Notes under the pieces: generated by a model
The model's input: only the letters and a program-made list of their open reading frames with translations
The model's database searches: none
Told to the model about the DNA's origin: nothing
Made by a program: the position numbers and the translations under genes
DNA from: Actinomycetota bacterium
GTDB lineage: Bacteria > Actinomycetota > Aquicultoria > Aquicultorales > JAMCWL01
DNA: 64,000 nt
Assembly: GCA_023481285.1 (NCBI GenBank)
Contig: JAMCWL010000004.1
Coordinates: 6,115-70,114 of the forward strand
Reading direction: 5' to 3'
Shown: one piece after another, positions 1 to 9,684 of the stretch
How the letters are laid out: each line of letters opens with the position of its first letter
Position numbering within the stretch: position 1 is the first letter of the stretch

Positions 1-1
1 C

Positions 2-586
2 CGAAAGCCCTACTCGGTCATTCTCCTCGACGAGATCGAGAAGGCGCATCCCGACGTCTTCAATGTTCTTCTTCAGGTTTTGGATGACGGCAGGCTGACC
101 GATGGCAAAGGCCGGACGGTCGATTTCAAAAACACCATCCTGATCATGACATCCAATATCGGAAACCAGATCATGCAGGATCTCGTCGATGTCGCCAAGC
201 TAAAAGTGGAGGTCGAGGCGGCTCTAAAAGAGCGCTTCTCGCCCGAGTTCCTGAATAGAATCGACGAGGTCGTAATCTTCCGGCGCTTGGGCTTATCCGA
301 GATCGAAAAGGTAGTCGATATCCAGCTCGGACACTTGCGAGAAAGGCTCGCTGAGCACGGGATATCGGTTGAATTGACGGAGGCCGCCAAAGAGCTCCTC
401 GCCCTCGAGGGGTTCGACCCGACATACGGAGCCCGCCCGCTTAAACGGACGATACAGCGCCTGGTACAGGACCCGCTGGCAACCAAGCTCCTGTCGGGAG
501 AGATCTCGTCGGGATCGAAGGTCGTGGTCGACAGTGTGAATGATGAGTTAACATTCAAAGTCTCCACGTCGGTGGCGAGCGCGTAA
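2..586 (+). CDS. clpB: ClpB/Hsp100-type AAA+ chaperone, C-terminal fragment (5' end lies outside the window)
   Basis: Frame 2 is open from the window edge. Translation [45 protein letters not shown]...[11 protein letters not shown] matches the second AAA+ module and small C-terminal domain of Clp ATPases. Stop at 584-586. Confidence 0.9.
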   Translation, partial: RKPYSVILLDEIEKAHPDVFNVLLQVLDDGRLTDGKGRTVDFKNTILIMTSNIGNQIMQDLVDVAKLKVEVEAALKERFSPEFLNRIDEVVIFRRLGLSEIEKVVDIQLGHLRERLAEHGISVELTEAAKELLALEGFDPTYGARPLKRTIQRLVQDPLATKLLSGEISSGSKVVVDSVNDELTFKVSTSVASA

Positions 587-597
587 ACTCGTCAGAT

Positions 598-624
598 TAG
601 GCCGCCCTCGGGCGGCTTTTTTGT
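598..624 (+). terminator. Intrinsic terminator after clpB
   Basis: GC hairpin GGCCGCCC-TCG-GGCGGC followed by TTTTTTG, 12 nt after the stop codon. Confidence 0.65.
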
Positions 625-850
625 TAGTGGTGACGCTTTTCCGGGGAAGAACGCACCCTGGGAGATCCTGAGTGGTTTCCATCTGGCTTCGCACAATCTC
701 CGTAGAGTTTGACGTCCAATGGGCGCCGAGCAAGCAAGAGACTAACGGGGGTGGAAAAGCGAGCGGCCTACCATTATATTGTTTAGTAGGTCTGGCGCCA
801 GGTAGTCTGACGATTGGACAGCCGGCGCCAGGATAAAGGATGGGAAAAGT

Positions 851-1804
851 TTGAGCATAACGGTCGGCATACCTCAAGCGCTGCTTTATTATAAGTATTA
901 CCCGCTCTGGGAGGGCTTCCTCGGTGGGCTCGGGCTCGAAGTCGTCACGTCGCCGGCGACGAACAGGCGGATTCTTACCGCGGGCGTCGAAGCGGCGGAC
1001 AATGAAATTTGCTTGCCCGTGAAAGTCTTCTACGGCCACGTACTGAGCCTTAAAGAGAAGGTCGATCTGCTCTTTATCCCGAGAGTTGTGAGCGTCGAGG
1101 AGGATGCTTATACTTGCCCAAAGTTTCTCGGCTTGCCGGACATGATACGAGCCGTGGGGGATATGCCGGAAGTTCTCGATCCGATCTTCAACTTTCGTCT
1201 CGGGAGCCGCCGGGTTTCCAGAGACGTCTACTCTTTCGCCAAACGATTCACCAAGCATCCAGCAAAGGTTTGGAGAGCCTGGCGGCACGGGGTCGACGAA
1301 CAGAGGCGATACGTCGCCAAGCTCGAGTCAGGCTGGACTCCCGTCGAGGTCCTATCGGGTAAAGCACCCCCCGAAGCAAAGGGAGATATGACGATAGGGG
1401 TGGTCGGTCATCCGTACAATATCCACGACGAGTATGTGAGCATGAACCTCGTCAAACGGCTGCGCAAAATGGGCGCGCGGGTCGTCACGAGCGACATGCT
1501 TCCCCACCGGGTAGTCGAAGCCGAGGCCAACCGGCTGCCAAAAAAACTCTTTTGGACCTACGAGAAAGAGATCGTCGGGAGCGCCTTCTACTGGATGAGA
1601 TCGGGCACGGTCGATGGGATGATCTACATGCTCTCGTTCGCATGCGGACCGGACTCGCTCATCCAGGTTCTCCTGGAGCAAGAGGCAAAGCGCGAGGGGG
1701 CCCCCGCTCTGATGCCGCTCGTCATCGACGAGCACTCCGGCGAGGCGGGGCTCGTCACCCGGGTCGAAGCCTTTGTTGATATGCTTGCCTGGAGGTTGAA
1801 TTAG
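851..1804 (+). CDS. Acyl-CoA dehydratase activase-related protein (DUF2229-like)
   Basis: 317-aa ORF. GIPQALLYYKYYPLWEGFL...EICLPVK...TCPKFLGLPDM resembles the uncharacterised domain fused to BcrA/HgdC-type activases in other genomes. Abuts the next gene (TAG then ATG). Confidence 0.65.
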   Translation: MSITVGIPQALLYYKYYPLWEGFLGGLGLEVVTSPATNRRILTAGVEAADNEICLPVKVFYGHVLSLKEKVDLLFIPRVVSVEEDAYTCPKFLGLPDMIRAVGDMPEVLDPIFNFRLGSRRVSRDVYSFAKRFTKHPAKVWRAWRHGVDEQRRYVAKLESGWTPVEVLSGKAPPEAKGDMTIGVVGHPYNIHDEYVSMNLVKRLRKMGARVVTSDMLPHRVVEAEANRLPKKLFWTYEKEIVGSAFYWMRSGTVDGMIYMLSFACGPDSLIQVLLEQEAKREGAPALMPLVIDEHSGEAGLVTRVEAFVDMLAWRLN

Positions 1805-2908
1805 ATGCCGGTCACCTGGCCGCACCTAGGGAACCTTGAAATAGTGCTCAAGGACCTGATAACGGCGGCCGGGCAGCCCTATATCCTCCCCCCAAAAAAC
1901 ACGGCCCGCACACTGCAGCTCGGGCTCCGTCACTCCCCGGAGTTCGCCTGCCTTCCTCTCAAGATAACAATAGGTAACTTCATCGAAGCTCTCGAGGCGG
2001 GAGCGGATACGCTCATTATGGCGGGCGGAATCGGCCCCTGTCGCTTCGGCTACTACGCCCAAGTCCAGCGGGCCATCCTCAACGACCTTGGCTACGACTT
2101 TGAGATGATAGTCTTGGAGCCGCCGGCCATGGGCTGGAAGCTCTTCGTCGACACGCTGAAAAGAATCGCCCCCGGCAAGAGCCTCTGGGAGATCGCCAAG
2201 GCCATCAAATTGGCCTTTCGCAAGGGCAGGGCGATCGACGCGGTCGAGCGGGAGGTCCTCAAATACCGCGCTTACGAAAGGAAGAAGGGGGCGACGACAA
2301 AGGCATACCGAGCGGCTCTGAACGTGCTTGACGAGGCTCTCTTTGAGAAGGACGCCATCGACGAGGCTAAGGAAGAAGCGCTCGGCCTGGTCTATGGCGT
2401 TGAGAAGGACGTGGACAGACCGGTTCTCAAGATGGGCATCGTGGGCGAGTTCTACCTTCTTCTCGAGCCGTTTGTAAACTTCGACGTCGAGGAATACCTC
2501 GGTCACTCCGGAGTCTCGATCGAACGCTCCGTTTACGTCTCGGACTGGATCAGCCCGGGCAATAACAACATTATCGGCGGTATTTCCGAAGAGGAGATAA
2601 AGCGAGCGGCAGCTCCCTATCTCAACCACTTCGTCGGCGGGGAGGGGCAGGCGACCGTCGGTCATACCGTCATCTATGCCGGCCACGGCTTCGACGGCGT
2701 CATGCAGCTCTTCCCGTTCACCTGCATGCCCGACACGATCGCCAAAAGTATTCTGCCGAGGGTCGGCAGGGATTTCGACATTCCGATCCTGTCGCTGGTA
2801 ATTGACGAGCAGACGGGCAAAGCGGGCTTGATCACCAGGCTCGAGGCGTTTTTGGATCTTTTGTGGAGTCGACGGATGCAGCGCGAGAAGCGCCTCTTAA
2901 GCGTGTAG
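1805..2908 (+). CDS. Second activase-associated / 2-hydroxyacyl-CoA dehydratase-like protein
   Basis: 367-aa ORF directly after the previous stop. FACLPLKITIGNFIEAL...GPCRFGYYAQ...FTCMPD motifs parallel the upstream paralogue. Confidence 0.6.
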   Translation: MPVTWPHLGNLEIVLKDLITAAGQPYILPPKNTARTLQLGLRHSPEFACLPLKITIGNFIEALEAGADTLIMAGGIGPCRFGYYAQVQRAILNDLGYDFEMIVLEPPAMGWKLFVDTLKRIAPGKSLWEIAKAIKLAFRKGRAIDAVEREVLKYRAYERKKGATTKAYRAALNVLDEALFEKDAIDEAKEEALGLVYGVEKDVDRPVLKMGIVGEFYLLLEPFVNFDVEEYLGHSGVSIERSVYVSDWISPGNNNIIGGISEEEIKRAAAPYLNHFVGGEGQATVGHTVIYAGHGFDGVMQLFPFTCMPDTIAKSILPRVGRDFDIPILSLVIDEQTGKAGLITRLEAFLDLLWSRRMQREKRLLSV

Positions 2909-2997
2909 AGATTCTTGGCGCTCCTCTGTCTTATTTGGGAAGACAACCGTACGGCCATCCGGAACAGCACTTGGGCTTGTGACCGACAAGCGGAGGG

Positions 2998-3996
2998 ATG
3001 ATGAGGAAAGCAAATACAACCGGTATCCATTTGGGGATAGATGTCGGCTCGGTCTCGACCAACCTGGTCGCGCTGGGGGAAGATGAAGAAGTCCTCGCCT
3101 CCGTCTACCTGCGAACCCAGGGACAACCCATAGCGGCTGTCCAGAGAGGTTTGATTGAGCTTGAAGCACAACTGGAAGACGTCCCTCTTGAGGTGGGGAG
3201 CGTTGGCACCACCGGTTCCGCCAGGTACCTTTCGGGCGTGATCGTTGGAGCCGACATCGTCAAGAACGAGATTACCGCCCACGCGGTCGCGGCCTCATTT
3301 GTCGTCCCCGAGGTCAGGACGGTGCTCGAGATCGGAGGCCAGGATTCCAAGGTCATCCTTCTCAAGCAGGGCGTGGTCGTTGATTTTGCGATGAACACCG
3401 TCTGCGCCGCCGGCACCGGCTCCTTCCTAGACCACCAGGCTGCCAGGTTGGGGATTCCGATCGAGGATTTCGGCTCTCACGCTCTTAAAAGCAGCTCCGC
3501 CTGCCAGATTGCCGGGCGCTGCTCCGTCTTTGCGGAGTCGGACATGATTCACAAGCAGCAAATGGGCTATCGGGTGGAGGACATAATCTATGGCCTCTGC
3601 CAAGCGCTCGTCCGGAACTACCTCAACAACCTCGCCAAGGGGAAGGAGATAGTGGCGCCCGTCGTCTTCCAGGGCGGGGTCGCGGCAAACGCTGGCATGA
3701 AGAGATCTTTCGAGGACGCCCTCAAGACCGAGGTTATAGTTCCGAAGCACTACCACGTGATGGGGGCGATCGGAGCCGCACTCCTCGCTAAAGACTCCAT
3801 AGGGAACGGTGAGACGAAGTTCAAGGGATTCGGAGCGTCTTCAATCGACTATCGCACGTCGAGCTTTAACTGCAAGGGCTGTGCCAACAACTGCGAAATC
3901 GTCAAGATTGAGGTCGAAGGGACGGTTCTCGCCCGTTGGGGCGGTCGCTGTGGAAAGTGGGAGGTCCAAGAGGTCGAAGAAGAAGCGGCCGTCTAG
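2998..3996 (+). CDS. BadF/BadG/BcrA/BcrD-family ATPase (CoA-substrate-specific enzyme activase, HgdC-like)
   Basis: 332 aa. Actin-fold ATPase motifs GIDVGSVSTNLV, LEIGGQDSKVI, NTVCAAGTGSFLD. C-terminal Cys cluster CKGCANNCE. Confidence 0.85.
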   Translation: MMRKANTTGIHLGIDVGSVSTNLVALGEDEEVLASVYLRTQGQPIAAVQRGLIELEAQLEDVPLEVGSVGTTGSARYLSGVIVGADIVKNEITAHAVAASFVVPEVRTVLEIGGQDSKVILLKQGVVVDFAMNTVCAAGTGSFLDHQAARLGIPIEDFGSHALKSSSACQIAGRCSVFAESDMIHKQQMGYRVEDIIYGLCQALVRNYLNNLAKGKEIVAPVVFQGGVAANAGMKRSFEDALKTEVIVPKHYHVMGAIGAALLAKDSIGNGETKFKGFGASSIDYRTSSFNCKGCANNCEIVKIEVEGTVLARWGGRCGKWEVQEVEEEAAV

Positions 3997-4042
3997 AAAC
4001 TCGAGACTAGGAAACTAGAAACAAGAAAAGACACCAAGGCTA

Positions 4043-4441
4043 TTATTGTGCAGATGAATTGAGCTCTACCAGCGCTTCCCAGTCAATACTTCCATCAGCA
4101 TTGCAGAACTTCTCACCAAATTCCAGCGTAAACCTATTAAGCATCTTATTATAAGCTTCCTCGAACTCTTCATTTCTTTCTTTTGCCTGATGCCCCAATG
4201 GTTCAATGATTTCCGTAAAAAAACTCGAATCCCCTGAAATAAACTCCCAAAACCTTTGGCCACAGTATTTGACGTAGCCTGCCTCTTTATAAGGATGATC
4301 GTCGCGTCCGTAACAACATCCATTAACCGCCTCAACGTTTATCCTCGCGTTGCTCGTTCTTAAGACCTTTTTTGCGGTATTGAAGTTTCCGATATTATCT
4401 TCAACGTATTGAAATACATCACTTGGCGCTAAGGGTTTCAT
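4043..4441 (-). CDS. Hypothetical protein; candidate cognate restriction endonuclease of the adjacent methyltransferase
   Basis: ORF track 4043..4525. The likely start is the internal ATG (MKPLAPSDV...) at 4441, which overlaps the methylase stop by 23 nt. AT-rich like its neighbour. I recognise no motif, so the function is inferred from context only. Confidence 0.4.
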   Translation of the reverse strand: MKPLAPSDVFQYVEDNIGNFNTAKKVLRTSNARINVEAVNGCCYGRDDHPYKEAGYVKYCGQRFWEFISGDSSFFTEIIEPLGHQAKERNEEFEEAYNKMLNRFTLEFGEKFCNADGSIDWEALVELNSSAQ

Positions 4442-5279
4442 AAGATCCTTGATCTTCAAATAGATAGCAAGAGACGGGCTTGATCTCGCTCTCGACCATT
4501 CGATAATACTCGGGTAGAATCTCAATTCCTATCGAATTGCGCTTTAGTTCTTGTGCGGCTATTAGCGTTGTTCCTGAACCCATAAACGGGTCCAGAACTA
4601 CGTCGCCTTCCTGAGTGAATAGCTTAATGAACCATTTAGGCAGCTCTTTTGGGAATGCAGCGCTGTGGTTTTTATTACTGCATTCTGTTGCTAAATGGAC
4701 AACGTTAGTGGGATAAACCATATTTTTATCCAGCCAATTCGACACGTTTTTTCCAAACCCACTGCCGTTTCTAGCGTTATCTCGTATTTTATCTGTTTCG
4801 CTTAGATTCCTTAGCCTGCTCCTCGCCCAATCACCCATTGGTACCATGACAGTTTCCTGATACATATCAAATTTCTTCGACTTATTAAACTGTAGAAGCC
4901 TTTCCCAAGCGTCACGAAATCTGTTAGGCCATTTACCTGGATAGCAATTCTTTTTGTGCCAAATGAACTCTTCAGTCCAGAGCCACCCTTGTCTTCGCAT
5001 TCCAAGGATTAGCTCCATGACATAAGTGGACCTTTCTCCATCAACTACCTTTTCTTTTATATTTAAAACGAAAGTTCCAGTTGGCTTTAGCACCCTAAGC
5101 AATTGTTCGGAAATTGGTATAAACCATTCGACGTATTCTTCTGGCTTAATGCCGCCGTAAGTGTTCTTCCGGCTGTCCGCGTAGGGCGGGGAAGTGAAGA
5201 CTAGGTCGACTGAATTATCTTCCAATCGCTTCAACTTATCTTTGCAATCCCCGAGAATCAATTCGGCCTTGATCTCCAT
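4419..5279 (-). CDS. Beta-class N4-cytosine/N6-adenine DNA methyltransferase
   Basis: Motif IV FTSPPYADS lies N-terminal and motif I VLDPFMGSGTT lies C-terminal, the circularly permuted beta order. Start taken at MEIKAELILGDC (5279) rather than the track start at 5381. Confidence 0.85.
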   Translation of the reverse strand: MEIKAELILGDCKDKLKRLEDNSVDLVFTSPPYADSRKNTYGGIKPEEYVEWFIPISEQLLRVLKPTGTFVLNIKEKVVDGERSTYVMELILGMRRQGWLWTEEFIWHKKNCYPGKWPNRFRDAWERLLQFNKSKKFDMYQETVMVPMGDWARSRLRNLSETDKIRDNARNGSGFGKNVSNWLDKNMVYPTNVVHLATECSNKNHSAAFPKELPKWFIKLFTQEGDVVLDPFMGSGTTLIAAQELKRNSIGIEILPEYYRMVESEIKPVSCYLFEDQGSYETLSAK

Positions 5280-5628
5280 ATACACCCCATGGTTATACAA
5301 CATATTCTTTGCCACATAAAATCTGTTTGTCGAACATGCGTTTGCTTTATTAACTATAGCAAGAGCATTGATAAATGGCAAGAGCTCGACGAGGATCAGT
5401 CCTTATATATAAAAAGTTTCGGCAGTTCGCGGTTGACAGGGGAAACACGCGTACCTTAAAGCATTAATACGGCAATATCTAGACCTGCTCTAAGCTTGCA
5501 AGCAGCAGCCGCTCACCAGCGCTGGCAAACCGTCCAACTGCTTGTTAGAACCGCCGGCCCACGAGCCTTGACACCCACGCCTCAGGCGTGGATAAACAAT
5601 GTAACACGATTCTTTATTTGGAGCGGGA

Positions 5629-6465
5629 ATGTTCGAGATCCTTGGAAAAAGAGTTCTTCGACCGGACGTCTTCCTCGCACGGGTTTCCGCGCCGGCCATC
5701 GCCCGGCGAGCTAAACCGGGGCAGTTCGTCATCGTCCGCGCTCATGAGCAGGGGGAACGGATCCCGCTCTCGCTCGCGGACATCGACGTTAAAAATGGCA
5801 CCATCACCCTTATTTTCATGGTGGTCGGAAAGACCACACGAGACCTCGCCACTTTCGATGTCGGCGACGAGATCGAGGACGTCGTCGGGCCCCTCGGCAG
5901 ACCGACCGATATTGAACGGATCGGCCGGGTCGTCCTCGTCGGTGGCGGCTTCGGTGCGGCCCCTCTCTACCCAATCGGGCGAGCCTTTAAAGAGGCGGGA
6001 AATGAGGTTGTCGCGATCCTCGGCGCCCGCTCAGCCGACCTTCTGGTCTACGAGAAAGAGCTCGGCAGCGTCTCCGATCGCGTCCTCGTTACAACCGATG
6101 ACGGCTCGAAAGGCATTAAGGGCCTCGTGACGGACGCCCTTAAGGAAGTGCTTGACGGTGCCGGACTGGTTATGGCGGTCGGTCCCGCCATTATGATGAA
6201 ATTCATCTCTTTGGCCACGAAGCCCGCGGGCGTGAGGACGATCGTCTCCCTGAATCCTATTATGGTCGACGGGACGGGGATGTGCGGAGCCTGCCGCGTA
6301 TCCGTCGGCGGAGAGACCAAGTTCGGCTGCACCGATGGGCCGGACTTCGACGGTCACCTGGTCGACTGGGAGCTTTTGATGGCACGTCAGAGGACTTACT
6401 TGAGCGAAGAGAAACAGTCGCTCGAAGCGGCTTGCTCTTGCGGGGGTGGGGAAGTTGTCCGATAA
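5629..6465 (+). CDS. PyrK-like FAD/[2Fe-2S] oxidoreductase subunit (NfnA/SudB-type ferredoxin-NADP+ reductase small subunit)
   Basis: 278 aa. GQFVIVR...ERIPLS flavin-binding motif and C-terminal GTGMCGACRV [2Fe-2S] motif. Overlaps the partner gene. Confidence 0.8.
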   Translation: MFEILGKRVLRPDVFLARVSAPAIARRAKPGQFVIVRAHEQGERIPLSLADIDVKNGTITLIFMVVGKTTRDLATFDVGDEIEDVVGPLGRPTDIERIGRVVLVGGGFGAAPLYPIGRAFKEAGNEVVAILGARSADLLVYEKELGSVSDRVLVTTDDGSKGIKGLVTDALKEVLDGAGLVMAVGPAIMMKFISLATKPAGVRTIVSLNPIMVDGTGMCGACRVSVGGETKFGCTDGPDFDGHLVDWELLMARQRTYLSEEKQSLEAACSCGGGEVVR

Positions 6466-7846
6466 GCTTACGCGCACGCCGATGCTAGAGCAGGATGCCG
6501 CGGAAAGAATCACGAACTTCGACGAGGTCGCCCTTGGCTATACCGAAGAGCTCATGCTTAAGGAGGCCTCAAGATGCCTTCACTGCAAGGAGCCGACCTG
6601 CGTAGACGGCTGCCCGGTTAGCGTGCCCATCAAAGAGTTCATCGCCCTTCTCAAAGCAGGTGATTATGCGGGGGCGGCCGCCAAGATCAAGGAGAAGAAC
6701 GCCCTGCCGGCCGTCTGCGGTCGCGTCTGCCCGCAGGAGAGCCAGTGCGAGAAAGTTTGCGTCCTCGCCAAGAAGCAGGCCCCGGTCGCCATCGGCCGCC
6801 TGGAGCGCTTTGCCGCCGACTTTGAGCTGGCCAACGGCTTCGAAGAACCGGCAAAACCAGCACCTACCGGGAAGAAAGTCGCCATTATCGGCAGCGGGCC
6901 GGCGGGGCTGACCGCCGCGGCCGACCTTGCAAAGCGCGGCCACGCGGTCACCGTCTTCGAGGCGCTCCATAAGCCGGGAGGCGTTCTGGTCTACGGGATC
7001 CCAGAATTCCGTCTCCCGAAGCGCATCGTCGAAGCGGAGGTGGAGAATATAGAGGGGCTTGGCGTCGAGATCCGTTTCGATTCAGTGGCCGGTCGCCTCT
7101 TCACCATCGATGGCCTCTTTGAAGAGGGCTTTGAAGCGGTATTCATCGGGACGGGGGCGGGCCTGCCCATGTTTATGGGCATCCCGGGCGAGAACTTGAA
7201 CGGCGTTTACTCGGCCAACGAGTACCTGACGAGGACAAACCTCATGAAAGCCTATCTCTTCCCGGAGTACGACACGCCCATTAAACGGGCGAAAAGGGTC
7301 GCCGTCGTCGGGGGTGGAAACGTCGCGATGGATTCCGCCAGAACCGCCCTGCGCCTCGGGGCGGAGAAAGTCTACCTCATCTACCGGCGGAGCGAGGCGG
7401 AGATGCCGGCCAGGAAAGAAGAGCTCGATCACGCGAAAGAGGAGGGCATCGATTTCAGGTTCCTCACGAACCCCAAGCAAGTGCTCGGCGAAGAGGGCTG
7501 GGTTGCCGGTTTGGAATGCGTGGCTATGGAGCTCGGAGAACCGGACGAGTCGGGCCGCAGGAGACCGATCGAGGTGCCCGGTAGCGAGTTCACAATAGAG
7601 GTCGATGCGGTCATCATGGCCATCGGGACGAAGGCCAACCCGATCGTTCCCACGACGACCCCTGGACTTGATGTGACGTCGCGCGGCTACATCGCCGCTA
7701 ACGAAGAAACGGGCGCCACCTCGCGACCCGCCGTCTTTGCGGGGGGCGACATCGTTACCGGCAGCGCGACCGTCATCCTGGCGATGGGGGCCGGACGGAA
7801 GGCGGCGGACGCCATCCACGACTACCTGACGAACTCAAAACCATAA
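6446..7846 (+). CDS. GltD-like NAD(P)H oxidoreductase large subunit (NfnB/SudA / glutamate synthase small-chain family)
   Basis: 466 aa. CLHCKEPTCVDGCP and CGRVCPQESQCE Fe-S motifs, VAIIGSGPAGLTAA dinucleotide fold. GTG start overlaps the upstream gene by 20 nt. Confidence 0.85.
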   Translation: MGKLSDKLTRTPMLEQDAAERITNFDEVALGYTEELMLKEASRCLHCKEPTCVDGCPVSVPIKEFIALLKAGDYAGAAAKIKEKNALPAVCGRVCPQESQCEKVCVLAKKQAPVAIGRLERFAADFELANGFEEPAKPAPTGKKVAIIGSGPAGLTAAADLAKRGHAVTVFEALHKPGGVLVYGIPEFRLPKRIVEAEVENIEGLGVEIRFDSVAGRLFTIDGLFEEGFEAVFIGTGAGLPMFMGIPGENLNGVYSANEYLTRTNLMKAYLFPEYDTPIKRAKRVAVVGGGNVAMDSARTALRLGAEKVYLIYRRSEAEMPARKEELDHAKEEGIDFRFLTNPKQVLGEEGWVAGLECVAMELGEPDESGRRRPIEVPGSEFTIEVDAVIMAIGTKANPIVPTTTPGLDVTSRGYIAANEETGATSRPAVFAGGDIVTGSATVILAMGAGRKAADAIHDYLTNSKP

Positions 7847-7903
7847 CCACGATTCGAGCATTCGGATCCGGCCCGTGCCTCTATGCCTACCTGCACCGCC
7901 TTT

Positions 7904-8524
7904 TCAGCGCTTGGCCTTCCTGCGATAACGTCTTAGGATGTAAGTGATGACGGCGTACCCGATGGTGAGTAGCAGAAGGATGATCCCCAACAAGACGGAT
8001 GACCTTGTTAAGACGTTCAGCACCTGACTGATCTGGTTCGCAAAGTAGAAGCCGGCTATACCGAAAGCGCCGGCCCAGATCAGCGCCCCGAGATAGTCAT
8101 AGAAAACATACCTCTCCCAAGACATTGTTCCCGAGGCACCCGAGGTTATCGCCACCGTAAAGCGCCCGCCGGTGATAAACCTGCCGAAGGTCACGGCGTA
8201 AGGCCCCCGGCGATGGTAGAACGAGTCTATCTTCTCGAGCGTTCGTCTATCTATCGACAGCCAGTCCCTGAGCTTGGCAATGGCTTTACGTCCCCCAAAC
8301 CTGCCGATGAAGAAGATGACGCTATCCCCGAGGACCGCGCCCGCCGCCCCGACCAGGATCACGAAGGGCAAGAATATCTTACCGTGGAGGGCAAATGTGC
8401 CTGCAATCAAAATGAAGATTTCGCCGGGCACCGGAATGCCCATGTTTTCGAGGAAAGTCGCTACGAATATCGCGAGATACCCCCAGCGAGCGATGAAAGG
8501 CGAAAGCCGCTGAATCACGTTCAT
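7904..8524 (-). CDS. DedA-family membrane protein
   Basis: 206 aa. YLAIFVATFLENMGIPVPGE...GRF motif pattern and multiple TM helices typical of DedA/SNARE-associated proteins. Confidence 0.85.
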   Translation of the reverse strand: MNVIQRLSPFIARWGYLAIFVATFLENMGIPVPGEIFILIAGTFALHGKIFLPFVILVGAAGAVLGDSVIFFIGRFGGRKAIAKLRDWLSIDRRTLEKIDSFYHRRGPYAVTFGRFITGGRFTVAITSGASGTMSWERYVFYDYLGALIWAGAFGIAGFYFANQISQVLNVLTRSSVLLGIILLLLTIGYAVITYILRRYRRKAKR

Positions 8525-8654
8525 AAGGCTTCGATTCCTCTGTGGTCGTTAAACAACCAATATCTCTTCAGAAGATAGACCTGAGCGGCCGACTGTCGTT
8601 ACGACGCTGGAAGTGCTTGGCAAGCGGGAAGATACCGGAAGCCCATAACCTCCA

Positions 8655-8699
8655 ACGAAAAACAGGTCACCAACGGAGAGCCTGAGCTCCCGCGTGACC
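8655..8699 (-). terminator. Hairpin plus U-tract between the PHP and DedA genes (minus strand)
   Basis: The minus strand reads GGTCAC...GTGACC (stem ends 8699/8665) followed by TGTTTTTCG. Confidence 0.4.
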
Positions 8700-8877
8700 A
8701 ATTTCTTTTCCGCTCTTCGATTAAAATTCCCTGGAAAGCTCCGTTCAAACTAGCTAGGCTAGTCGAACCATCAGGCTGATGCTTGAGATGGAAAGGGAGC
8801 CGGCCTTGGAGTAAATAAGCGATAATTAAGGGGTTCTGGATTTCACAATCCGTCGTCGCTATAAAGCTTGAGGGAGA

Positions 8878-9684
8878 CTACCTCTCGTTTGAACCAAAAG
8901 CCTCACCAAGGCCCTGGACGGCTTTGGTAAGCTGCTCGTTGAAGAAGGCTCTTACGGCCGATTTCTCGGCCGTTCCGTTACGAAACTTTCGGGCTTGAAG
9001 CGCCATTCCGGGGATGACGCCGGCACTGACCAGGAGCTGCTTAAACCACGAAGAGATTTTTATAGGCGTCGTTTCATGCATCTCTATGCTGTGCCTCAGG
9101 TCGGCCGCCGTCTTGCCTTTAAAAGCAGTCGCTGCCGCACCGATTGATCGGGCGGTGTGTGCGTCGCTTCCACCCAGCCTCGCCAGACCCCCGAGTGGTC
9201 TAATCAACCATTTTGAAAGGAGGTTTGAATACCAGGTGGTAGGGTTGGCGTTCAGTTCCTCAAAGCCATCGAGGTCGAGAGAGCGAACGTTTTTAAAACC
9301 AATGCCCACGCCCCCAATCACGCTTATGGAGAGAGCGAAGGGATGCGGGGCGATCGCCAGCCCTCCCTGTTCATGAATGAGATCGATCGTCTTCTCAACC
9401 GACAAGCCTCGCTCGATCTCGTCGGTGAGGAAAAGCCCGATTATCTCGCCCGACCTGGTTGAAATTTCTTCGCCAACGACGATCTCGAAGCTATATCGGT
9501 CTTGAAGCGAGGCGGCGAGAGCCGACCCCTTGATAGTGTTATGGTCGGTGATCGCGATTACGTCGATGGACGTTTGCCATTCGACGTGATCAAGTATCCG
9601 CTTGATAGATGAGACGCCATCGCTGAAGCGCGAATGGATGTGAAGGTCAGCGTAACCGAAATCAGACGTAGACGCGTATCTCAT
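8878..9684 (-). CDS. PHP-domain metal-dependent phosphoesterase
   Basis: 268 aa. N-terminal DLHIHSRFSDG and AITDHNT His/Asp motifs of the PHP family. Confidence 0.8.
   Translation of the reverse strand: MRYASTSDFGYADLHIHSRFSDGVSSIKRILDHVEWQTSIDVIAITDHNTIKGSALAASLQDRYSFEIVVGEEISTRSGEIIGLFLTDEIERGLSVEKTIDLIHEQGGLAIAPHPFALSISVIGGVGIGFKNVRSLDLDGFEELNANPTTWYSNLLSKWLIRPLGGLARLGGSDAHTARSIGAAATAFKGKTAADLRHSIEMHETTPIKISSWFKQLLVSAGVIPGMALQARKFRNGTAEKSAVRAFFNEQLTKAVQGLGEAFGSNER

Noticed and set aside
8525-8877. A possible riboswitch in the 350-bp gap upstream of the DedA gene.
   Set aside because: I could not match any riboswitch consensus (guanidine, fluoride, c-di-AMP, etc.) by eye. Only a terminator-like hairpin is supportable. 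An Rfam scan would be needed.
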